From: a virus
Taxonomy: Duplodnaviria > Caudoviricetes
Reading direction: 5' to 3' (one strand)
Virus record (IMG/VR): IMGVR_UViG_3300017747_002969
Coordinates: 1 to 40,249 of that record
Length of the DNA: 40,249 bases
Both the position numbers and the translations under genes were made by a program. The notes below the pieces were generated by a model. That model ran no database searches. It was not told where the DNA came from and saw only the letters and a program-made list of their open reading frames with translations. This document shows, piece after piece, positions 8,858-15,825 of this stretch (within the stretch, counting starts at the first letter, position 1; every line of letters begins with the position of its first letter).

Positions 8858-9390
8858 ACCGCATCGCCATCCTCCTCGCCCCCCTAGCCTTAGCCGCCTG
8901 TGTTACGACAGGACCGGGAGCCAATACCAGTTTCGACCTTCGAGGCCATGCCGCGCCACAGCGCTACATCGCGGCGGCTATCGAAGCTGCCAACGCAGGC
9001 CGCCTTGAACTTATCATCAGCCCGCAGGCCGACGTTGAGCGCGCCTGTGGCGGAGACACATGGGGGTGCTCGCCTCATAGCGCCCTGCTGCTATCCTCGG
9101 GCCGGTGCCTCGTCACCCTTTCCGAGGAGGTCGAGGACATCCGCACCATCGCCTATCTGCTGGTGCTCCATGAGGGCGGCCACTGCGTCGGTTGGTCGAA
9201 CGAGAACGGCACCGATCCTGCCCCTGCCGACCTTGCCTACGTCAATGCCAACGCTGAGCGCCTCGTCGCCCTGGCCCTGCGGCCAACCGTGCTGACCGGC
9301 CCCGGCCTGACCCAAGCGCAGATCGTCACCTTCGCAGCGGCCTTCTGTGCTTCCCTGCCTGAGCGGCGTAGAGGGGAGGGGTGCGTATGA
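8854..9390 (+). CDS. Lipoprotein with HExxH (zincin-like) motif
   Basis: Lipobox LAA-C at residue 16; LLVLHEGGHCVGW; GTGA overlap with the upstream gene. Confidence 0.7.
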   Translation: MNRIAILLAPLALAACVTTGPGANTSFDLRGHAAPQRYIAAAIEAANAGRLELIISPQADVERACGGDTWGCSPHSALLLSSGRCLVTLSEEVEDIRTIAYLLVLHEGGHCVGWSNENGTDPAPADLAYVNANAERLVALALRPTVLTGPGLTQAQIVTFAAAFCASLPERRRGEGCV

Positions 9391-9491
9391 AGCCCGGTAG
9401 CGGTGACATCACGCTGGCAATAATAGGCTGGTATTTGGTTGCCTGCCTCTACGCCATCTTTATCGGCGCGCTGGTGGGGTTGTTCCTATGA
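9387..9491 (+). CDS. 34-aa single-pass membrane peptide (not in ORF track)
   Basis: MKPGSGDITLAIIGWYLVACLYAIFIGALVGLFL; ATGA overlaps at both ends; GGAGG upstream. Confidence 0.6.
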   Translation: MKPGSGDITLAIIGWYLVACLYAIFIGALVGLFL

Positions 9492-9568
9492 TGCGCGAGG
9501 CTGGCTTCTACCTTCTTCTCCTCCCTGCCATGACCTGGCTCGGCTTTGCCCTGTGGATGGCAACATGA
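9488..9568 (+). CDS. 26-aa hydrophobic peptide (not in ORF track)
   Basis: MMREAGFYLLLLPAMTWLGFALWMAT; ATGA-coupled to the previous ORF and to the endolysin start. Confidence 0.5.
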   Translation: MMREAGFYLLLLPAMTWLGFALWMAT

Positions 9569-10206
9569 AGAACAACTTCAACGCCTGCCTCCCCCTTGTC
9601 CTCGTCCACGAGGGCGGATGGTCTGACCATCCCTCCGACCCCGGTGGGGCCACCATGCGGGGCATCACCCTAGCTACCTTCCGAGGCTACTACCAGAACT
9701 CGCGCCTGACCAAGGAGCAACTACGCGCCATCACCGACGAGCAGGTGGCCGAAATCTACCGCAAGAAGTACTGGGATGCGGTACGGGGCGACGACCTGCC
9801 CAAGGGCATCGACTATGCCGTGTTTGACTTCGGCGTCAACAGCGGCCCGGGGCGCGCCATCAAGGCCATCCAGAAGGTGGTCGGGGTGCCTCAGGATGGG
9901 GTGCTCGGGCCGGTCACCCTTCGCGCCATTGAGATGAAGCCGGCCGGGTGGTCGATTTCCGAGCTGTGCTCCAATCGCCTCAAGTGGCTCCAGACGCTCA
10001 AGACCTACGCCACGTTTGGGCGGGGTTGGAAGACCCGTGTTGAGCACGTCCAGCGGGATGCGCTGGCGATGGTCACAGGGCGGCCTACAGCGCCCGTTAC
10101 GCCCCCGCCTGACATAACCCCCACCCCGAAGCCTCAAGCCGCTCCTGTGGGCTTCTGGGCGCGGCTGTTTGCTGCTATCTTCGGACCCAAGGAGAACAAG
10201 TCGTGA
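9565..10206 (+). CDS. Endolysin, glycoside hydrolase family 108 with PG_binding_3 domain
   Basis: HEGGWSDHPSDPGGATMRGIT, IYRKKYWD, VFDFGVNSGPGRAIK, FGRGWKTRV. Start re-called to ATG 9565. Confidence 0.93.
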   Translation: MKNNFNACLPLVLVHEGGWSDHPSDPGGATMRGITLATFRGYYQNSRLTKEQLRAITDEQVAEIYRKKYWDAVRGDDLPKGIDYAVFDFGVNSGPGRAIKAIQKVVGVPQDGVLGPVTLRAIEMKPAGWSISELCSNRLKWLQTLKTYATFGRGWKTRVEHVQRDALAMVTGRPTAPVTPPPDITPTPKPQAAPVGFWARLFAAIFGPKENKS

Positions 10207-10538
10207 GACCTATCGTTCGCTGGGCTGGCCGGATGGTCGGCGCTCTTATCGCCCGGGGCGAGTTCATCCCGGCCGTTACTCGCATCGAGGCGGGGAAGGT
10301 GGTCGAGGTATCCCCCGAGAAGGTGGTGCCCAAGGGCGTCCTTCGCTCCAAGACCGTCTGGGCTGGCATCATTGCTGGCGTCTTCGCCTTCGCCAACTCG
10401 CAGGGGTGGACCCTCGGTCTTTCCGCTGAAGATGCCCAGACCATATTCGGATACATCTCGGCGGGTGGTGGCGTTGGTGCTATCGTCTCCCGCATCCTGG
10501 CATGGATGCCGACGCGCGGCCCGTCCGGTGGCGGGTAG
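10203..10538 (+). CDS. Putative holin
   Basis: Directly follows the endolysin; LRSKTVWAGII motif and two hydrophobic segments; AAGGAG SD. Confidence 0.6.
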   Translation: MRPIVRWAGRMVGALIARGEFIPAVTRIEAGKVVEVSPEKVVPKGVLRSKTVWAGIIAGVFAFANSQGWTLGLSAEDAQTIFGYISAGGGVGAIVSRILAWMPTRGPSGGG

Positions 10539-10557
10539 GGTCTGGGGATAAGACGTT

Positions 10558-10779
10558 GTGGGGGCTGAAGGCGACATCGCCACTCTTCGAGAGCAGATCG
10601 CGTCCCTCAGGCGGGACCTTGACCGCATCGAGGCCAAGCAATCCGACCTGCTGGAGATCAAGATAGATGTCGCGGATTTCAAGAAGCTCAGGGCGTCCAT
10701 TAACTTCCTCTGGGCCTCATTCGCCGGAGCCGTCATCGCAGGTATTGTGGCCTACGGCCTTCGCGTCATCGGGGCGTAA
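10558..10779 (+). CDS. Coiled-coil protein with C-terminal TM helix (XhlA/holin-like lysis-cassette protein)
   Basis: Heptad N-terminus followed by FLWASFAGAVIAGIVAYGL. Confidence 0.55.
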   Translation: MGAEGDIATLREQIASLRRDLDRIEAKQSDLLEIKIDVADFKKLRASINFLWASFAGAVIAGIVAYGLRVIGA

Positions 10780-10798
10780 GCAGGGCATCCTTGCCAGT

Positions 10799-11245
10799 AT
10801 GGCCGGTGACGTAAAGCGTTCCCCGTGGGGTGCGGCGGCCTTCGCGGCCACGCTCCTGATGCTGTTCTTCCTGAGCGCAGACAGGCTCGGATGGTTCAAG
10901 CCCGGCCCGGTGCTTCAGCAGCTCGAAATAGGCGGCAACATCGACGCTGCCGGGGAGAACTTCATCTTCCGGGTGTCGGGGCTCAAGACCACCGACGATA
11001 CGCTCCGCTCCCGAGCCGCATCGTGGATATTCTCGGACGGAACCGCGATGGCTGTAGCCCTTGAGGGAGACACCCCGCCCCAGATCAGGCAGGCCGGCGA
11101 CCGCTTCGTTTCCCAACCCTACACGGCCCGCATCCCGAACGCCGCCCGCACCGATACCGGGGCCATCCTGCGGGTGTGCTTCGTCTACGATCCCGGCATG
11201 AGCTGCGTCCAGAAGGCGTTCTCCGACATGGAAGCGCTCCCGTGA
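10799..11245 (+). CDS. N-terminally membrane-anchored protein with extracytoplasmic beta domain
   Basis: Start re-called to ATG 10799; TM WGAAAFAATLLMLFFL; C-terminal Cys pair. Confidence 0.55.
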   Translation: MAGDVKRSPWGAAAFAATLLMLFFLSADRLGWFKPGPVLQQLEIGGNIDAAGENFIFRVSGLKTTDDTLRSRAASWIFSDGTAMAVALEGDTPPQIRQAGDRFVSQPYTARIPNAARTDTGAILRVCFVYDPGMSCVQKAFSDMEALP

Positions 11246-11315
11246 TGCACGGGCGCAGCACCCCTGTGCAACCGGACAAGGTCCCGGCAGCCAGCGCAGG
11301 TGGTATGTTCGCCGC

Positions 11316-11435
11316 ATGGCATGGCTGGCGGGTTTCATCTCGGATAACGTGCTCTGGGGCATCATCGGCCTCGGCGCGATATGGCTTGGCAGGACCGTGA
11401 TCCTCCGGGCAAGACAACGGCAACGAGACAACTAG
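11316..11435 (+). CDS. 39-aa single-pass membrane peptide (not in ORF track), possibly leaderless
   Basis: MAWLAGFISDNVLWGIIGLGAIWLGRTVILRARQRQRDN has a TM plus basic tail. A TG-n-TATGTT extended -10 lies 6 nt upstream, and the stop overlaps the SD of the next gene. Confidence 0.55.
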   Translation: MAWLAGFISDNVLWGIIGLGAIWLGRTVILRARQRQRDN

Positions 11436-11444
11436 GAGAGCAAG

Positions 11445-11798
11445 ATGGCTGACCCTACCCTTACCCCCGATCCCGACGCTGAGAAGCTGGACGCCGTGAA
11501 GAAGGTCGAGGAGGCGTTCCACAATGCCCACAAGACCGCCGACCGGCTTGTGACGGATGCTGCGTGGCTGCTCCAGACCTACATCAAGGCGTGCCGGATC
11601 GTCGGGGTTCACCCGAACGAGTCTGAGACTGTGACGGGGAACCTTGGCGATGCGCTACAGGACGCCACGGACGCCGTCTCTGGCCTTGCATGGGCGCACG
11701 GCGCGGCGACCCGGCTAAAGGACGATCTGATTGAGTCCGGCAGGCTCCCGGGCCTGATTGAACCCAAGGACGGCGGCGGCGGGAAGAAGTGGCCCTAG
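11445..11798 (+). CDS. Helical hypothetical protein with C-terminal PKDGGGGKKWP tail
   Basis: Strong AGGAG SD, typical codon usage, amphipathic helices. Confidence 0.8.
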   Translation: MADPTLTPDPDAEKLDAVKKVEEAFHNAHKTADRLVTDAAWLLQTYIKACRIVGVHPNESETVTGNLGDALQDATDAVSGLAWAHGAATRLKDDLIESGRLPGLIEPKDGGGGKKWP

Positions 11799-11799
11799 C

Positions 11800-12483
11800 A
11801 TGACCGCTCTGGTCATCATCGCTGCGCTCGTCTTTGGCTGGTACTGGACTGGGGTCTGGCACACCTCGGTCGTATCAGGCGAACTGACCGTCTACGTCCT
11901 TGCCTTCGTGGCGGGGCTGGCGATGGCATCAATGGCGGCCCTGGTGGCATGGACGCGGCCCCTCATCATCGCCGCTGTCGTCCTCATTGCCCACTTCGCT
12001 GCCTCGCACTACGCCTGGCAGGCATCGAACCCCATCATCCTCATCGCCATAGCTGACCTGTTGACCGCAGCCTACTTCATCCTTGCTGGCAGGGAACGCT
12101 GGGAATGGGCCATAGGGGCCGTATTCCTGTGTGGGGTAGGGATTGCAGCACTGACGGCTCTAGGGGCCATCCCGAGCCATCTGGAGCGGCCTTCGGTGTT
12201 CCTTGCCTTCTCATTCCCGGACATGTCTTCGCTGGTCGGGCACATAGCCTCGATCCTCCTAGGGGCCGGGAGCGGGGACTGGGGCAAGCTCCTCAGGATC
12301 ACCGATCGGCTGCGGGTTCCGGTTCCTTGGGCAAGGGAGGGGGCGCTGATGCGGATGGTGCTAGGCTGGTACGCCACTGCTCCCCACACGAGCAGCGCAA
12401 AGCCGAACGTTGCGAAGCCAAAGAACGCGGAGATGTCCGCCGATCCGGCCATCTTATCCCGCATCGCAGCAAAGCCGCCGTAG
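11800..12483 (+). CDS. Polytopic membrane protein (about 6 TM)
   Basis: ATG 11800 lies 1 nt after the previous stop; multiple hydrophobic segments. Confidence 0.75.
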   Translation: MTALVIIAALVFGWYWTGVWHTSVVSGELTVYVLAFVAGLAMASMAALVAWTRPLIIAAVVLIAHFAASHYAWQASNPIILIAIADLLTAAYFILAGRERWEWAIGAVFLCGVGIAALTALGAIPSHLERPSVFLAFSFPDMSSLVGHIASILLGAGSGDWGKLLRITDRLRVPVPWAREGALMRMVLGWYATAPHTSSAKPNVAKPKNAEMSADPAILSRIAAKPP

Positions 12484-12530
12484 CCGAACACGACCATCAT
12501 CACGAGCCCGAGCCAGCCGAACCAGGTCAT
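12072..12530 (-). CDS. Small membrane protein (2 N-terminal TM), last gene of the leftward operon
   Basis: GAGGTG SD and ATGA coupling to the PadR-like gene. The 3' part overlaps the plus-strand membrane gene. Confidence 0.5.
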   Translation of the reverse strand: MTWFGWLGLVMMVVFGYGGFAAMRDKMAGSADISAFFGFATFGFALLVWGAVAYQPSTIRISAPSLAQGTGTRSRSVILRSLPQSPLPAPRRIEAMCPTSEDMSGNEKARNTEGRSRWLGMAPRAVSAAIPTPHRNTAPMAHSQRSLPARMK

Positions 12531-12838
12531 CGCGTCACCTCGCCGCTCCGGAGCGCGTCGATCGCGCCAAGCGCCAGGTTCATGGCTTGCTGCCCGGCAG
12601 GCGTGATTGCGTAGGAACGCCGCCGCCGGCCACCGACCATCTTCCGTGGCGGGAGTACATCGGCTGTCAGGAAGCCGTCGCGGACGAGCCTGTCCATTGC
12701 GACGTAGAGCGTGCTGGTCTCGATCGGCGTCAGCGCGGCTTTGAGTTGCCTGCTGACGATCGTGGCGAACGCCCGCGGCCCCTGCCGGGATACCGACAGC
12801 AGGATCATCAGGCCGCGCCCGGTCAACATGTCGCTCAT
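12527..12838 (-). CDS. PadR-family winged-helix transcriptional regulator
   Basis: Start re-called to ATG 12838; STLYVAMDRLVRDGFL...GGRRRRSYAITPAGQQA is the PadR wing signature. Confidence 0.85.
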   Translation of the reverse strand: MSDMLTGRGLMILLSVSRQGPRAFATIVSRQLKAALTPIETSTLYVAMDRLVRDGFLTADVLPPRKMVGGRRRRSYAITPAGQQAMNLALGAIDALRSGEVTR

Positions 12839-12849
12839 CGCGTCACCTC
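12527..12849. repeat. 15-bp direct repeat TCATCGCGTCACCTC flanking the PadR gene (12527-12541 and 12835-12849)
   Basis: Exact copies. On the minus strand each reads GAGGTGACGCGATGA (SD plus overlapping start/stop); the PadR protein and the DUF551-like protein both end in GEVTR. Confidence 0.85.
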
Positions 12850-13581
12850 CCCTGTAGCGGGTGGGCGAAGGGAAGGCGGGGCGGCATCGACCGGCACCAT
12901 CCACGCGATTGGGTTCACGACTGGTTCGTAGCCCCACTCGGCATCGTAGGTGCTCCACGCATAGGTACCGTTGGCGTATTCGTGCCACACCGCATCGGCA
13001 CGTCGGCGCCGATGGAGCCCGCTCCACACATCAAGGCGCTTGTCCTTCGGTGCCTTCTCCATGTCGTAGCACCAAGGGTCGTCGGCTGGCGTTTCAGTGG
13101 CCTCGGCGCGGTCCATCGCATGACCGAATGCAGTCATGTTCTTGTTGAACATCTCGCGGGCATGGTCCCGCTCCCCCCGCACCCGTTCCAGTTCCTCGCT
13201 GTGGGAGGATGCGGCTGCGAGGAGGGCTTGCGCGTCGGCTTCGAGCTTCCCGGCCGGTTGTCCGAAATTGAATATGCCGATTAGGTTCGCCGCCTCCCGC
13301 AGGAGGACGGACTGGGCGGCGAGGGTGGCGTCAAGCGAAGCTATACGGTGCATCGCATCGATGTTCGCGGCGCGGCACTCGAGATGGTCGCGGAACGCTG
13401 ACCACATCGTGCTTGCCGCCGGGAGCGCCATGTGCCCGAGCAGCAAATCGCCGACGCGGCGGGACAGGTCGCGAAGGTCATCCGCGACGGACGGCCCGCC
13501 TGTGATCGCCCCCATGTGCATCAACGGGTCGGGACTCCCGACCGCTTCCTCAATCGGGACGGGGGCGCTATCGGTCGTCAT
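12835..13581 (-). CDS. Hypothetical early protein with C-terminal DUF551-like domain
   Basis: Start re-called to ATG 13581 (AAGGAG SD); WCYDMEKAPKD...LDVW...PIAWM resembles DUF551. Confidence 0.6.
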   Translation of the reverse strand: MTTDSAPVPIEEAVGSPDPLMHMGAITGGPSVADDLRDLSRRVGDLLLGHMALPAASTMWSAFRDHLECRAANIDAMHRIASLDATLAAQSVLLREAANLIGIFNFGQPAGKLEADAQALLAAASSHSEELERVRGERDHAREMFNKNMTAFGHAMDRAEATETPADDPWCYDMEKAPKDKRLDVWSGLHRRRRADAVWHEYANGTYAWSTYDAEWGYEPVVNPIAWMVPVDAAPPSLRPPATGEVTR

Positions 13582-13604
13582 ATTTCGGTCTCTCCTTTGA
13601 TCCT

Positions 13605-14126
13605 TTAGGGGGCGGTTAGGCGGCGGGGACGAACGAACAGCCACGCGGCAAACAAGGCGCTGGCGTACAGTTTCCCGATGACCTGCCCCGGCAGGAGGTC
13701 CAGCGACCCGAACGCCAGCCACAGGAACAAGGCGCTATCGACGGCCGCTCCGACGAGGCCGGACAGGATCACTGCCCAAGCCAGCCGCTTGCGGGCGAGT
13801 GGGGTGTAGACGGCGAGGTCCGCCAGTTCCGAGACGAGGAAGGCCGCTGCGGAGGCCACCACGAGGGCTGGGGCGGCAAAGAGTGCCGACAGTCCAGCGC
13901 CGACGATGATGGCGCCTACTGCCACCCACAGGCCGAAATACCGCTGCACCATGTCCCGAAGGACCAGTGCCAAGCCAATGGCCAAGACGCCGCTCGGGGC
14001 CGTGTAGCCGAACCCTACGGGAATGACGCACGGGCCGTCCGGATAGCAGACCATCCCGACGTTCCCAATGAGCCAGTTGGCGAGAGGGATGGTGGCGGCG
14101 AAGGCGAGGAGGACGAGGTACTTCAT
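13605..14126 (-). CDS. VUT family (YhhQ-like) queuosine-precursor (preQ0/preQ1) transporter
   Basis: Polytopic; ANWL, PVGFG..APSGV..IGLALVLRD.VQ, ASAAAFLVSELADLAVYT.L, SGLVGAAVDSALFLWLAFG, GQVIGK match Vut_1. Confidence 0.88.
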   Translation of the reverse strand: MKYLVLLAFAATIPLANWLIGNVGMVCYPDGPCVIPVGFGYTAPSGVLAIGLALVLRDMVQRYFGLWVAVGAIIVGAGLSALFAAPALVVASAAAFLVSELADLAVYTPLARKRLAWAVILSGLVGAAVDSALFLWLAFGSLDLLPGQVIGKLYASALFAAWLFVRPRRLTAP

Positions 14127-14377
14127 CGGGCGTACCGATGTTGCGCGGGAGCCGACGACGGATCGGCAACAGCTGCGCGAATGCCAGCGGCAAGCGCGGG
14201 GTTCTCAGCCTCAACGCTGGCGGCGTAGGCTTCGGCGGCTACGAGAGCGTGGGGGTCGGCCCCGGAGAAATCGAGAACGAGCGAGTACCTGCGGCTTACC
14301 GTGATCGGCTGCCCGTCCGCTCGTTCGATGATGAAGCGCGGCTCAAGCCCGCCGCGGGCGTATCGGGAGTCGGTCAT
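14123..14377 (-). CDS. Hypothetical phage protein
   Basis: Start re-called to ATG 14377; DPHALVAAEAYA..V...NP.LA motif; ATGA overlaps on both sides. Confidence 0.6.
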   Translation of the reverse strand: MTDSRYARGGLEPRFIIERADGQPITVSRRYSLVLDFSGADPHALVAAEAYAASVEAENPALAAGIRAAVADPSSAPAQHRYAR

Positions 14378-15060
14378 GCTGCAAAAAGCCCTTCTTGCTG
14401 TGGTGTTGGGGTCCACCTGATCGGGCACTGGATGGCGTCGATGCGACGTGACATCCGCTCCGGGTCGGTGTTGCTGTCTTTGAAGTTTCGGGCGACGTTC
14501 ACGCTATCGGCGGAGGAGAACGGCCAGCGGTCGCCGGCCATCGCGAGGCCACGCAGCATGTGAACCTTGAGCCATGGAAGGTGGCCATGCTGGGCGAGGG
14601 CGTTGAACGCCTCATCGACCCTGCGGCACCAATCCGGGGAGCCCACCTGCCAGTAGCGGCCCGAGCTGCCGAAGCAGATGCGCGGCCACGAACTGGCTAT
14701 CTCCAGCAGGTAGTCGATCGGGAGCGCGAGGTGCCAGACCGGAGCTCCCGCCACCTTCGGGTAAGGCCAGCGACTGACGAGCGCTCGCTGGGCCTCCGCA
14801 TCCCCGTCAATGACATCGGGGACCACGGCCCAATTCTCTCCGCCAAGTCGCGGTGCGAGCCAAGCGAAATAGGCGGCCCAATCTACTTGGTGCCCCTTGG
14901 TGTGAGCAGAGAACGCGCCGCTGTCCCACATCACGGATTGAGCGTGCTGAAGGCACCAGTCAGCATCCCCCGGCGCGGCAAACGAGACGCAGAAGTGCTT
15001 CCCTGCCAACGGCAGGAGGGCAGAGCGCGGTGTAAGGGGGGTGCCGTGGTAGTGGATCAA
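14374..15060 (-). CDS. DpdA/TGT-like 7-deazaguanine DNA transglycosylase
   Basis: TGT-fold motifs WDSGAFS, PDVI, PVWH, VHMLRG, SADS. Lies in the same operon as the VUT transporter. Confidence 0.72.
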   Translation of the reverse strand: MIHYHGTPLTPRSALLPLAGKHFCVSFAAPGDADWCLQHAQSVMWDSGAFSAHTKGHQVDWAAYFAWLAPRLGGENWAVVPDVIDGDAEAQRALVSRWPYPKVAGAPVWHLALPIDYLLEIASSWPRICFGSSGRYWQVGSPDWCRRVDEAFNALAQHGHLPWLKVHMLRGLAMAGDRWPFSSADSVNVARNFKDSNTDPERMSRRIDAIQCPIRWTPTPQQEGLFAA

Positions 15061-15091
15061 TTTCTCGTCTCGCTCATGGTGTATGGGTTCC

Positions 15092-15439
15092 CTATCTCGA
15101 TACGGGGGTGGAGCGCTTCGAGCGCATCGGCGTCTTGGACTTCCATGCGCCCTGGTGCTTCATGCGGATGCGGTCGGCCTTCGCGAGGTCCGTCCGGTCC
15201 TGCGTCGTCTTGGTGTCGTGGCACCGCTCGTGAGCGGGCTTCCGGTTCTCGTCGCTATCGTCCCGGCTCATTGCCCAAGGGATGACGTGCTCGACTTCCC
15301 AGCGCTCTTTCGTGCCGTCGATCTTGTGGCCGCAGATGTGGCAGATGCCCTTGTGGAGGGTGAACAGCCGGGCGCGCTCGGTGTTCGAGATATGGCGGCG
15401 CTGCGGGGCGGGATCGTGAAGGGGCGGGGAGGATGTCAT
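15092..15439 (-). CDS. HNH endonuclease
   Basis: CHICGHKI...WEVEHVIPWAMS..D...N..PAHERCH..KT; start re-called to ATG 15439. Confidence 0.85.
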   Translation of the reverse strand: MTSSPPLHDPAPQRRHISNTERARLFTLHKGICHICGHKIDGTKERWEVEHVIPWAMSRDDSDENRKPAHERCHDTKTTQDRTDLAKADRIRMKHQGAWKSKTPMRSKRSTPVSR

Positions 15440-15825
15440 GCCGCCTGCTCCTGTGCAGCAGACCACGGCACAATTCGAGCGCCTCGGTTGAGCGGGGCGA
15501 ACCGGGCAAACACTAGCTGATTGGATGACTCAGCGAGGATGCGCCCGGGCAGTATGGCCACGATGTTGAAGCCGAGAGCCGAGAGCCTTGGACGCTCAGT
15601 TTTCGAGAACCAGCGGCATAGCCCGTCAATGGTCCGCGTTGCGCACCCGAACACCTCACCGGGTCGGCCGTGTTTGTCGATCAGGTCCAGTCCGAACTCA
15701 TCAAGCCACGTCGGGAGCGCCAACATTCCCCGCGTGAATTCCGGGTCAGCCCAAAGGCGGCTGGCGCCAGGAGCAAACGGCCCGCGCCCGCGGCGGTCCT
15801 GAACCCTAAACACGCGGTCGCTCAT
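15436..15825 (-). CDS. Hypothetical phage protein (FRVQD..GRGPF family)
   Basis: ATGA-coupled on both sides; start re-called to ATG 15825. Confidence 0.6.
   Translation of the reverse strand: MSDRVFRVQDRRGRGPFAPGASRLWADPEFTRGMLALPTWLDEFGLDLIDKHGRPGEVFGCATRTIDGLCRWFSKTERPRLSALGFNIVAILPGRILAESSNQLVFARFAPLNRGARIVPWSAAQEQAA

Noticed and set aside
10558-11245. Canonical Rz/Rz1 spanin pair
   Set aside because: No nested or adjacent lipoprotein with a lipobox was found here, and the 10799 protein looks beta-rich rather than coiled-coil.
11341-11348. Extra CGGATAAC copies (11341 and near 18335) as part of a regulon with the 23185/23199 repeats
   Set aside because: Single copies inside coding sequence; an 8-mer can occur about once by chance in a genome this size.
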